From positions 16,112 to 80,111 of the forward strand of contig CADCWE010000031.1 of assembly GCA_902806325.1 (NCBI GenBank): a stretch of DNA of 64,000 bases. The letters are read 5' to 3'. A model generated the notes under the pieces. It was not told where the DNA came from, searched no databases, and saw only the letters and a program-made list of their open reading frames with translations. The DNA is from an uncultured Thermomicrobiales bacterium (GTDB lineage Bacteria; Chloroflexota; Chloroflexia; Thermomicrobiales; UBA6265). The translations under genes and the position numbers were made by a program. This document shows, one piece after another, positions 55,226-64,000 of the stretch; position 1 is the first letter of the stretch; every line of letters starts with the position of its first letter.

Positions 55226-56761
55226 CTAAGGGGATATGTCGTTCGAGGGGACGTTAGGCGGCGGACCCCCGTGATAGCCGCGCGCCGCCAGCGCCCGCCG
55301 CGCGGCGGCGTCCTCGTCCCAGGGTCGCTTCTCCCGGCCCCAAATGATGCTGCCTTCGTGCCCCTTGCCGGCCAGCAGCACGCAGTCGCCCGGTTTGGCC
55401 ATCGCGATGGCGCGCTCGACGGCCTGTTCGCGGTCGACCAGCCGCGCGAACGTCGTCCCTTCTTTGCCACCCACGGCGACCGCTCCGGCCGCGATCTCGG
55501 CCACGATCGCCTCCGGGTCCTCGAACCGGGGATCCTCGCTCGTAAAGACGGAGAAATCCGCCAGTTCTGTCGCCGCGGCGCCCTGCACCGCTCGCTTCTC
55601 GACATCCCGCTCCCCGGCGCTGCCCATGACCAAGATCAACCGTCCCCCCGGCGTCAGCGTCCGCAACAGGCCGAGCACCTTGCGCAACGACTCCGGGGTG
55701 TGCGCGTAGTCGATGACCACCGAGAACGGTTGGCCCTCGTCGACCCGCGCCATCCGGCCCGGCACCGGCGGCGCCTGCGCCAATCCTTCGCCGATCTGGG
55801 CCAGTTCCATCCCCGCTGCCAGCGCGACCCCCGCCGCGCAGAGGGCGTTCGCGACGTTGAACCCGCCGATGTACGGCAAGCGGATCGCCACGCGTTCGCC
55901 GAACGCATCGAGTCGGAACCGCGATCCCGTCGCGCTCAATCGAACGTCACTCGCCGTGACCTCGGCCTCGCGGTCCATCCCGAAGCGGACGATTGTGGCC
56001 CCCTTAGCATAGGGAACCATCTCGGCTGCGCCCGGATCGTCCGCGTTGATCACCGCGACCCCGCCAACCGCCCCCACGCGCTCGAACAAGATCGCCTTCG
56101 CCCGCCGGTAGGCCGCGATGGTCTTGTGGTGCTCCAGGTGCTCGTGGGTGATGTTGGTCACGGCGCCGACGCCGAACCGCACCCCGTCCAGGCGGTGAAG
56201 ATCCAACCCGTGGGAGGTTGCCTCCAGCACCGCCCAATCGACGCCGGCGTCAGCCATCCGGCGCAAATACCGCTGGATGTCGGCGGATTCCGGCGTCGTT
56301 TGCCGCGTGCCGTGCGTCAAGACCTCGTCGCCAACGCGCAACGAAACGGTACCGACCATCCCCGTCCGCCTGCCGGCTCGCCTTAAGATGGAATCGACAA
56401 GATAGCTGGTCGTGGTCTTACCGTCCGTGCCGGTGATTCCGATCACGCCGAGACCGCGCGAGGGGTGTCCATAGAACGCGGCGGCCAGCGGCGCGAGAGC
56501 GGCCCGGCTGTCGGGTACGATCAGGACGGGCGCCGGAATCGGAAGCGGACGTTCGGCCAACACGGCGGCGGCGCCCCGGGAGACAGCCTCCGCAGCGTAA
56601 TCATGACCATCGGCGTCGCCGCCAACCAGCGCGGCGAACAGGAATCCCGGTTCGACCGCTCGAGAATCGTAGACCACTCCCCCGATGACGACATCGTCTG
56701 CCCGGGCGATTTGGATCCCGAGTTCGGACGCCAACGCGGACAGCCTGACGGAGCGATCCAC
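55226..56761 (-). CDS. murE: UDP-MurNAc-tripeptide synthetase
   Basis: GITGTDGKTTT, TTPES, EATSHGL, DYAHTPES, TSEDPR, LAGKGHE. Confidence 0.94.
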   Translation of the reverse strand: MDRSVRLSALASELGIQIARADDVVIGGVVYDSRAVEPGFLFAALVGGDADGHDYAAEAVSRGAAAVLAERPLPIPAPVLIVPDSRAALAPLAAAFYGHPSRGLGVIGITGTDGKTTTSYLVDSILRRAGRRTGMVGTVSLRVGDEVLTHGTRQTTPESADIQRYLRRMADAGVDWAVLEATSHGLDLHRLDGVRFGVGAVTNITHEHLEHHKTIAAYRRAKAILFERVGAVGGVAVINADDPGAAEMVPYAKGATIVRFGMDREAEVTASDVRLSATGSRFRLDAFGERVAIRLPYIGGFNVANALCAAGVALAAGMELAQIGEGLAQAPPVPGRMARVDEGQPFSVVIDYAHTPESLRKVLGLLRTLTPGGRLILVMGSAGERDVEKRAVQGAAATELADFSVFTSEDPRFEDPEAIVAEIAAGAVAVGGKEGTTFARLVDREQAVERAIAMAKPGDCVLLAGKGHEGSIIWGREKRPWDEDAAARRALAARGYHGGPPPNVPSNDISP

Positions 56762-56766
56762 CCGGC

Positions 56767-57843
56767 CTAGCCCCGTCCGACCACGAACCGCCTCGCGGCC
56801 CAGGCCAAAACCGGGCGATAGCGCCGCTCCAGGCTCGGCGGATATCCGACGATCTCGCCCCCGAACCGGACCTTGAAGATGTAGAGCCCGCGCCAATCGT
56901 CCCCGGACGTTCCGGCGACGCGGTCAACCTCCTCGCTGCTGGCGGCCGGATCCTGGGACGGTATACCCCAAAGATCGTAGGTGTTGCACCCCGCCTCGCG
57001 CGCCCAGCGCATCGCCTCGAATTGGAGCAGGAACGCCGCGCCGTGCGCCCGGTGCTTGGTCGACGAGCCGCCGTACATGTAGACCGCCTCCGAACCGAAA
57101 CGCGCCGACATGACCGCCGCGGCGACGACGCCGTCGATCCGCGCGAACAACAGCACCGCCGCGTCTCCAAACAGTTGCAGAAAGTCGTCGTAATAGGCGC
57201 GGTCGTGGATCCCGAATTCGTTGCGCTCCGACGTGTCGCGCAGCAGGTCGTAAAACACGTCGAGCGAGGCGCCGCCTCCCTCCGCCTTTTCCACCGTCAC
57301 GCCACGGCGCTGGGCAAGCCGCACGTTGTAGCGGGTCTTCTGATGCATCTGGCCAAGCAGCGCCTCGTCGTCGAGCAGCGGAACCTTGACGGTCCGGCTT
57401 GGCTGATAATGTTCGGGACCGCGCACAAATCCGGCATCGCGGTAGGTTCCTGGCAGCCCCAACGACCCGTTGGATTCGACGATCAGGCTCAAGGCGCGAT
57501 GGTCCCGGCACCGGGCGTCCAATGCATCGACCAAGACGGGAAAGACCGCCCCCCGGTCACCTTCGAGAACCGGTCCCCTCGGCACGTACGCCTGACTGAC
57601 CGGTCCGCGATGGCGAAACAGCACCTGTGCCAATCCGCGCCCGTGGGGCGTTTCCACGCGGACCCGCTCGACCTCCCATCCGTGGCGGTGCTTCAATTCG
57701 CCCCATTGCCATGATTGGAGCAGATGACCACCGGCGCGGACCGCCGCCTCGTTCCAGCCCCGTTCGCCGTCGGCGGTGCCGCCCGTTCGCCGAGGCGCGA
57801 TCGGTGCCGCCTCCCGAACCTCCCCGAATCGAGATGGTGTCAC
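56767..57843 (-). CDS. FemAB/FemX family peptidoglycan bridge aminoacyltransferase
   Basis: HLLQSWQWGELK, YVPRGP, KTRYNVRLA, YMYGGS, YDLWG, GLYIFKVRFGG. Confidence 0.92.
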   Translation of the reverse strand: MTPSRFGEVREAAPIAPRRTGGTADGERGWNEAAVRAGGHLLQSWQWGELKHRHGWEVERVRVETPHGRGLAQVLFRHRGPVSQAYVPRGPVLEGDRGAVFPVLVDALDARCRDHRALSLIVESNGSLGLPGTYRDAGFVRGPEHYQPSRTVKVPLLDDEALLGQMHQKTRYNVRLAQRRGVTVEKAEGGGASLDVFYDLLRDTSERNEFGIHDRAYYDDFLQLFGDAAVLLFARIDGVVAAAVMSARFGSEAVYMYGGSSTKHRAHGAAFLLQFEAMRWAREAGCNTYDLWGIPSQDPAASSEEVDRVAGTSGDDWRGLYIFKVRFGGEIVGYPPSLERRYRPVLAWAARRFVVGRG

Positions 57844-58799
57844 GGCCCGAACCGCAGCGGATCCACCGCCAACAACGCCTCTTCGATCACGGCCTCGATT
57901 AACTCGGCATCGGGATGCTCGTCGTCATCCCCGAGTTCGCGCAGAATCCGAGCCGCTTCGGGACCACCGATCCGGCCAAGGGCGACGACGACGGCTTGTC
58001 GGATGTCCGTCTCGAGGGCGTCCTCGTAAATCATCTCCGCCAGCGGCGCCAGCGCCCGATCGTCGCCCAGTTCGCCGCAGGCCTGCACGGCCTCGAACCG
58101 CATTTCCGCGTCGTCGGAGCCGATCTCGGCCAACAGATCGGGCAGCCAGCGGGCATCCCCGCTACGGCCCATCGCCGCCACCGCCCCGAGACGCGCCGCT
58201 TCGTCGTCGCCGTCGTAGGCGTCGCGGATCGCGCCCGCAATCCGCCCGTCGGTACCGAATCCGCCGACCGCCTCGATCGCACGTCGGCGGACCAGTTCTG
58301 TTTCCGCGTCGTCCTCGGCGATGGCGAGCAGCCCCACGCGCAACGGGTCGTCGTCCACGACGGGTTCGCGTCCCACCGTGAGATCGACGAATCGGACCAG
58401 GCCCCGTGCCGCCTCGGCCCGCACGTCCTGGGACGGGTCGGTCGCCGCCAGAGCCAAGAACCGATCTCGCAAATCGAGCCCTTCGTCTTCCCAGAGACCC
58501 GAGACCGCGCGCTGGCGGACCACCGGCGACGGATCGTCCAACGCCAACCGGAGCACGCGGCCGAAGTTCAACTCGATCCGGTCCTCGCTCAGTTCCCCGA
58601 TTTGGCGAACCAGCGCCTCGCGAACGCCGTCGTCCAGCGACGGCCAAGTACGGGCGACGCGGGACACGGCGTCCCTGCTCAGGTCCGACAGCCGGGCCAC
58701 CTCGACCGGCCGGACCCGTCCGTCGCGCAGCGAACCGAGGACCTCATCGAGCGTTGGGCCGTCGTCAGGAGGTGGTACCGCGAACGTAGGTGTAGGCAT
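57840..58799 (-). CDS. HEAT / PBS-lyase repeat protein
   Basis: Repeated DPSPVVRQRAVSGL, DPSQDVRAEAARGL, LVRRRAIEAVG, DAEMRFEAVQACGELG, IRQAVVVALGRIGG. Confidence 0.88.
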   Translation of the reverse strand: MPTPTFAVPPPDDGPTLDEVLGSLRDGRVRPVEVARLSDLSRDAVSRVARTWPSLDDGVREALVRQIGELSEDRIELNFGRVLRLALDDPSPVVRQRAVSGLWEDEGLDLRDRFLALAATDPSQDVRAEAARGLVRFVDLTVGREPVVDDDPLRVGLLAIAEDDAETELVRRRAIEAVGGFGTDGRIAGAIRDAYDGDDEAARLGAVAAMGRSGDARWLPDLLAEIGSDDAEMRFEAVQACGELGDDRALAPLAEMIYEDALETDIRQAVVVALGRIGGPEAARILRELGDDDEHPDAELIEAVIEEALLAVDPLRFGP

Positions 58800-60531
58800 C
58801 GGTCCCATCGGTGTCGCGGGCGAACGCGCCCGTGTCGTCGTTGTCCAGGATCGAGCGCAGCAGGCGTTCAGAGAAGGGACGCTCGATGTTGACGGCGGCG
58901 AGGAGCGAGCTGAACGAGGCCGAGAAGCCCGGCGTTTCGCTTTGGTCGCCGATCCGCTCGAACGTCGCCGCAACCACCGCCTCGGGACGCCGCCGCACCT
59001 TCTCGTCCAACGGCTTCTCTCCGCCCAGGCGCGGGTAGCGCTCTTCGGTCAGCGTCAGTTCGTCTTCCACCCCGCAGGCGAAGCTGATCGGTCGGAAGAC
59101 GTAGCGCAACGCGCGACGCTCGTCCAACTCCAACAGCCGCGCGCTCTGGTTGCCGCCGGACAGGTACTCGACGGTGTAGTGACCGTCGTTGTCGGTCCGG
59201 TTGATCGAGATCAACGCCCCGGGCACCAGGTTCTCGGAGAAAAAGTCGTCGAGGCCGAGGATGAATCCGCCCCGGTTCGGCGTCGGATAGCGCAGTTCGA
59301 CCAGGTAAGTGGTATACGACTGGGGCGTCTCGAACGTCAGCACCACCGACCGCTGGTCCGGCAGCAATGGCGCCGGTAGAAGCGCCTGCATCCGGGCGTC
59401 GTAGGGCAGCAGCCCGTGGTAGTACTCGTAGAAAGTCACGACGTGGTCGACCGATGCCACCGTCCGGTACTCCGGCTCGGCCGGCAGTTCCTCGCTCAGG
59501 AAGCGGTAGTCGGTGCCGATCTCGTTCGGCTTCCGGCGGCTGGTGCCGATCTGCGGCAGGCTGCTCGTGCTCCAGAACCGTTGATTGGTCGTGCCGACGA
59601 AATCGAACTCCCGGTGCTCCCGCGACAACCGGAAGTTGACCGCGAACCGGAGCAGATCGAACTCGGGGGTTCCCGGTCGTACCGACAGCACGTCCTGCAC
59701 CAGGACATCGTCGGTCAGCGGTTGCTCCTGCTCCTGGATGTACTCCTTCATCCGGCGCAGGTCGCCCCGGCTGAACCGCGGCACCCGATCCTCGACCATC
59801 CACTGCTCGCCGAAGTTGGCGATCCGTGGATCCGCCCGCAACCGCTCGGACAACGCGGTCGCCAGCTCCCGGTCGTCGACCTCGGACACGTCGGATGTGG
59901 ACGGCGCCGCCGGGACAACGATCGTCCGCGCGACGACGGGTTCGGCAACCGGTTCCTCGACCTGATCCGGCGACGCCACCTCGGCGGCCAGCGCCGGTTC
60001 GACGAACACCTCGACCGGTGCCATCGCCGGAGACTCCGCCTCGACGCCGATGGCCTCCGTTTCGTCGTCCTCGTCATCGTCCATCGCCAAGTCGCCCAGT
60101 TGGGACGCCAACGACGCCCAACTTGGATCGACTCGGACCCGCTCCCGCTGCGGCGGCAAGGGGTTCTCCGGCTTCGGCAACGGCGTCATCAAGCGCTTGG
60201 CGAAGGAATGGCTACTGGCGGGGCGCTCCGCGGTCAATGCCCGCCCGGAGCGGGTCGTCGCCACCAGACGAAGATCACCGGCTTCCTCAATCCCGAAGAC
60301 GCCGGGGTTGGCCGCGACCGCGGCCAAAATCCGCTCCTCGGTGATCGCGGTCCCGTCATCGCCGGTCCGGGCGAAAAACGCGACCAACGACTCGAGGGAG
60401 ACCCGGATCGGCGCATCGGCCGACATGTAATGACCGTGGACGGCGACGGCCGCAAAAAGGCGCTCGGCATCGGCGCGCACAGCGCCGGTCCCCGTCAGGG
60501 TCGGCGCCGCTTGTTCGAGCTGGGTGACCAT
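58765..60531 (-). CDS. Hypothetical protein, 588 aa (putative multi-wHTH + B3-like)
   Basis: Long ORF with protein-like composition, GGGGAG RBS, acidic linker; domain guesses given in findings. Confidence 0.85.
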   Translation of the reverse strand: MVTQLEQAAPTLTGTGAVRADAERLFAAVAVHGHYMSADAPIRVSLESLVAFFARTGDDGTAITEERILAAVAANPGVFGIEEAGDLRLVATTRSGRALTAERPASSHSFAKRLMTPLPKPENPLPPQRERVRVDPSWASLASQLGDLAMDDDEDDETEAIGVEAESPAMAPVEVFVEPALAAEVASPDQVEEPVAEPVVARTIVVPAAPSTSDVSEVDDRELATALSERLRADPRIANFGEQWMVEDRVPRFSRGDLRRMKEYIQEQEQPLTDDVLVQDVLSVRPGTPEFDLLRFAVNFRLSREHREFDFVGTTNQRFWSTSSLPQIGTSRRKPNEIGTDYRFLSEELPAEPEYRTVASVDHVVTFYEYYHGLLPYDARMQALLPAPLLPDQRSVVLTFETPQSYTTYLVELRYPTPNRGGFILGLDDFFSENLVPGALISINRTDNDGHYTVEYLSGGNQSARLLELDERRALRYVFRPISFACGVEDELTLTEERYPRLGGEKPLDEKVRRRPEAVVAATFERIGDQSETPGFSASFSSLLAAVNIERPFSERLLRSILDNDDTGAFARDTDGTDAYTYVRGTTS

Positions 60532-60601
60532 AGATCGGTTGCTCCCCGTTGTGGGCGGTAACGTTGGGCACGACGAGGCGGATGTCGGAGGCCGCCGGTG
60601 G

Positions 60602-60730
60602 CTAGGCGCGCCCAGATTTGACGCGGAAGGCGTCGATTAACTGCTGGGTGGTCAGCGGTTGGGGCGAGTTGCGGAGCAGGGTCAACAGGTAAGCAACGTC
60701 GTCGTCGTTGAGTTTAATCGCGGTGGCCAT
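60602..60730 (-). CDS. Unannotated 42-aa protein MATAIKLNDDDVAYLLTLLRNSPQPLTTQQLIDAFRVKSGRA
   Basis: GGAGAG RBS just before ATG; amphipathic helix-turn-helix-like pattern; co-oriented 70 bp upstream of the 588-aa gene. Confidence 0.75.
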   Translation of the reverse strand: MATAIKLNDDDVAYLLTLLRNSPQPLTTQQLIDAFRVKSGRA

Positions 60731-60892
60731 GCACTCTCCATCGCACTGGGGCGAAACGTAGCCGAAACCGACCTCGGCTCGGGCCGGGTCGTCAACCGGC
60801 CAAGTGTAGTCCGGACGGCCGGCTTCCGCCAGTCAACCGTGCGGGGAAGGGCGGTCACAGGGCCTCGCCTGACCGGCCGGCCGCGGGGCCGG

Positions 60893-60901
60893 TGCTATAC
60901 T
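60893..60901 (+). promoter_or_regulatory. Extended -10 promoter of yvcK-gap-pgk
   Basis: TGCTATACT. Confidence 0.7.
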
Positions 60902-60946
60902 CCGGCCCACGCTACGAGGGTTGCCGGTTCCGGTCGGCGATACCGG

Positions 60947-62395
60947 ATGAACCATCGGCGAGTTCGCACGAGAGGCACCGCCCTGCGCGCTTGGCGAACC
61001 TGGCTCCGCCCCGGGATGCTGATCAAGCGGTGGCTCGCGCTGTTCATGCTCAGCGTGACCGTCACCAGCTTGGCGCTCGCGATGGCGCTGGCCTGGGTCT
61101 ACCGGAGCTACGATTTTCCCAGCCCGACCCAGGACCTGGTTCGCGGGTTGACGTTGCAGTTCGTGCCCCATCCGTTCCGGGAAGTGATCGTTTTGATAGC
61201 CGGGGTGGGGCTGCTGGCGACCTCATTCTGGGGGCTCAGCCGGTCCTTGATCGTGCCATTGATGGCGGGATCGCCGGCCGGACGCGACCTGGTCGATATC
61301 GTCGCCGAGCACCGCTTCGGACCGGTGCGGCCGGAACTGAACGTCGTCACCCTCGGCGGCGGGACGGGACTCTCCACCCTGCTCCGAGGGCTCAAGCACT
61401 GCGACGCCGGGTTGACCGCGATCGTCACCGTGGCCGACGACGGTGGCTCCACCGGCCGCATCCGCGAGGAGTTCAACATGCCGGCGCCGGGCGACATCCG
61501 TAACTGCATCGTCGCCCTCGCCGACGCCGAGTCCACCGTCGGCCGCCTCTTCCAATACCGCTTCGACCAGGAAGGGTCTCAGCTCGACGGCCACTCGTTT
61601 GGCAACCTGTTCATCACCGCCTTGACCCAGGTCACCGGCAGCTTCGAGCAAGCCGTGATCGAGTCAGGACGGGTGTTGGCGGTACGCGGCCGGGTCCTCC
61701 CCTCTACGCTCGCCAACGTCCGCCTCAGCGCCGAACTGATTGATGGTTCGGTGGTCCACGGCGAGTCCTCGATCGCGCACAAGCAGGCCCCGATCAAGCG
61801 CGTCTTTCTGGAGCCCGACGCCCCGGACGGCTACGAACCGGCGTTCACGGCGATCATCAACGCGGACTTGATCGTGCTCGGGCCGGGCAGTCTCTACACC
61901 AGCGTGCTGCCGAACCTGCTCGTCGGCGGCGTCGTCGAGGCCATCCGGTGGTCCCGCGGCACCGTCGTCTACGTCTGTAACGTCGCCACCCAGCAAGGCG
62001 AAACCGACCACTTCGGAGCCGCCGACCACGTCCGCGCTATCGTCTCCCAACTCGGACCCCGGACCCTCCACTACGCCCTCGTCAATTCGAACCCCGCCGC
62101 CGCGGCGGCGATTGCCCCGGAGCTGGGCGTCGACGCGGTGCTCGATGTCGGGTTGGATGCGTTGGCCCGCGAACACGGTTTCACCGTCGTCGCCCGCGAT
62201 GTCGTCAACGACCGCAACCCCCTTCGCCACGATCCCGAGAAGTTGGCCGCCGCGTTGGTCGAAATCGCGCGCGGCGTCACCGTCGCGACGACCGCCGCCG
62301 TTGATCGAGTCACCGACATCCGGGTGTTCGGCGACGCCCAGGTGCCCGCGGTGGTGGGTGGCTCGGCACCCGTTTCCGACTATCACGCCTCGTAG
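60947..62395 (+). CDS. yvcK: YvcK/GlmR (UPF0052) gluconeogenesis factor with N-terminal TM helices
   Basis: [55 protein letters not shown]. Confidence 0.92.
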   Translation: MNHRRVRTRGTALRAWRTWLRPGMLIKRWLALFMLSVTVTSLALAMALAWVYRSYDFPSPTQDLVRGLTLQFVPHPFREVIVLIAGVGLLATSFWGLSRSLIVPLMAGSPAGRDLVDIVAEHRFGPVRPELNVVTLGGGTGLSTLLRGLKHCDAGLTAIVTVADDGGSTGRIREEFNMPAPGDIRNCIVALADAESTVGRLFQYRFDQEGSQLDGHSFGNLFITALTQVTGSFEQAVIESGRVLAVRGRVLPSTLANVRLSAELIDGSVVHGESSIAHKQAPIKRVFLEPDAPDGYEPAFTAIINADLIVLGPGSLYTSVLPNLLVGGVVEAIRWSRGTVVYVCNVATQQGETDHFGAADHVRAIVSQLGPRTLHYALVNSNPAAAAAIAPELGVDAVLDVGLDALAREHGFTVVARDVVNDRNPLRHDPEKLAAALVEIARGVTVATTAAVDRVTDIRVFGDAQVPAVVGGSAPVSDYHAS

Positions 62396-62433
62396 GCAGC
62401 CACGGCGTCAGCGGCATGAAAGAGGAGCGATTC

Positions 62434-63462
62434 ATGGTCTACCGGATCGGCATCAACGGCTTCGGTCGCATCGGTCGTCAGGTGTTCAAGGCGATCGACG
62501 AGGGAGGCTTTTCCGACCTGTTTGAGGTGGTCGCCGTCAACGACCTGACCGAACCGGCTAGCCTCGCCCACCTGCTGAAATACGACTCCACCTACGGCCG
62601 CTACGACGCCGAGATCGCCGCGACCGACGGCGGCATTGCGGTCAACGGTCGGACCGTCAAGGTCTTCTCCGAAAAAGATCCCGCGCTGTTGCCGTGGGCG
62701 GCAGAGAACGTGGATCTCGTCGTCGAATCAACCGGTCGATACACCGACGCGGCGAAGGCGAAAGGGCACGTCACCGCAGGCGCCAAGAAGGTGGTCATCT
62801 CGGCCCCGGCAACCGGCGAAGATCTGACGGTGGTGCTCGGCGTGAACGAGGAGGCCTACGATCCCGCCACGCACCACATCGTCTCCAACGCCTCCTGCAC
62901 CACCAACTGCCTCGCCCCGGTGGCCAAAATCGTCCTCGACAACTTCGGCATCAAGCGCGGTCTGATGACCACGGTCCACTCCTACACCGCCGATCAGGTG
63001 CTCGTCGACGGCCCGCACAAGGACCTCCGCCGCGCCCGATCCGCCGCCGCCAACATCGTCCCCACCACCACCGGCGCCGCCCGCGCCCTTTCCCTGGTGA
63101 TCCCGGAGTTGAAAGGCAAGTTCGACGGGTTTTCGCTCAGAGTTCCCACCCCAACGGTTTCGGTCGTGGACTTTGTTGCCGAAACGGAACGACCGGCAAC
63201 CGTCGACGGGTTAAACGCCGCCTTCCGCGCCGCCTCCGCAAGCGACACGATGGGCGGCATCCTCGGCTTCAGCGACGAGCCCCTCGTTTCCAGCGATTAC
63301 CGCCAGGACCCCCGTTCCTCGATCGTCGACGGTCCTTCGACGATGGTCATCGGCGAGACGCTGGTTAAGGTGATCGCCTGGTACGACAACGAATGGGGGT
63401 ACTCGTGCCGGGTGGCTGACCTCGTTGCCCTGATCTGCGAAGCGGGATTCCCGGCCGAGTAG
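62434..63462 (+). CDS. gap: Glyceraldehyde-3-phosphate dehydrogenase, type I
   Basis: [31 protein letters not shown]. Confidence 0.98.
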   Translation: MVYRIGINGFGRIGRQVFKAIDEGGFSDLFEVVAVNDLTEPASLAHLLKYDSTYGRYDAEIAATDGGIAVNGRTVKVFSEKDPALLPWAAENVDLVVESTGRYTDAAKAKGHVTAGAKKVVISAPATGEDLTVVLGVNEEAYDPATHHIVSNASCTTNCLAPVAKIVLDNFGIKRGLMTTVHSYTADQVLVDGPHKDLRRARSAAANIVPTTTGAARALSLVIPELKGKFDGFSLRVPTPTVSVVDFVAETERPATVDGLNAAFRAASASDTMGGILGFSDEPLVSSDYRQDPRSSIVDGPSTMVIGETLVKVIAWYDNEWGYSCRVADLVALICEAGFPAE

Positions 63463-63553
63463 CCGAGACGGGGCGCCGAGAACGACCGGCGGACGTGGCG
63501 GTTCCTTTGTTCTCCCCGCCTCGCGATCTCCCCGTCTCGCCCCTGAGGTGCCG

Positions 63554-64000
63554 ATGCTAAAGCAAACCGTCGCCGCCGCGGACGTGGCGGGAAAGCGCGT
63601 GCTGCTGCGCGTCGATTTCAATGTTCCCCTCGACGGTGGGGCCATCTCCGACGACACCCGGATCCGGGCCGCGCTGCCGACCATCCGGCTCCTTAGAGAA
63701 CGCGGTGCCCGCGTCGTCCTGATAAGCCATCTGGGGCGACCGAAAGGCAGACGGACCGACACCCTCTCGCTCCGCCCGATCGCCGCGCGGGTGTCGGAGC
63801 TATTGGGCGGCGTTCCGGTCCGGTTCATCGATCAGGTCGTTGGGGAGGTCGCCGAATCGGCTGCGGCCGGGCTGGCCGACGGCGACGTGCTCCTCTTGGA
63901 AAACCTGCGATTCGAACACGGCGAAGAGCGCAACGACCCGGACCTAGCCCAGGCGCTGGCCCGCCTCGGCGACATCTTCGTCAACGACGCATTCGGTGCC
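63554..64000 (+). CDS. pgk: Phosphoglycerate kinase, 3' truncated by window edge
   Basis: [46 protein letters not shown] (not in the ORF track). Confidence 0.96.
   Translation, partial: MLKQTVAAADVAGKRVLLRVDFNVPLDGGAISDDTRIRAALPTIRLLRERGARVVLISHLGRPKGRRTDTLSLRPIAARVSELLGGVPVRFIDQVVGEVAESAAAGLADGDVLLLENLRFEHGEERNDPDLAQALARLGDIFVNDAFGA

Overview
A GC-rich (roughly 70% by eye) core-chromosome segment, most likely from Chloroflexota, probably Thermomicrobiales. That assignment is inferred from the tandem DUF2298/'YYY' membrane proteins, class F sortase, FemX next to an EDPR-type MurE, and the gene order. I see no prophage, IS, CRISPR or defence island. Left part: purQ(partial)-purL-purF-gcvT-gcvH-gcvPA, der-plsY, galE, glyA, a tRNA-Pro/Gly/Ile2-rsfS unit, two large GT-C-like YYY proteins, fmt, a sortase-SH3 fusion, speE-like-pgeF-yggS, UPF0182, an MBL hydrolase and an HTH regulator. 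Middle part: tgt-acpS-nnrD-CBS-alr, tat, a Pth-3-hydroxyacyl-CoA dehydrogenase fusion with a B12-binding subunit and meaB, yebC-ruvC-tlyA-larB, an RpoD paralogue, fabF and 6S RNA. Right part: holA, rpsT, murJ-lepA-yabN-aspS, a five-gene unit ending in femX-murE, and yvcK-gap-pgk(partial). Best novelty candidates: (1) an unannotated 42-aa ORF, a 588-aa putative multi-winged-helix/B3-like protein and a HEAT protein, all coupled to femX-murE; (2) the Pth-Hbd fusion; (3) the YYY glycosyltransferase pair near the sortase-SH3 gene; (4) an HTH regulator with a candidate shared operator. All domain calls come from motif recognition by eye; no searches were run.
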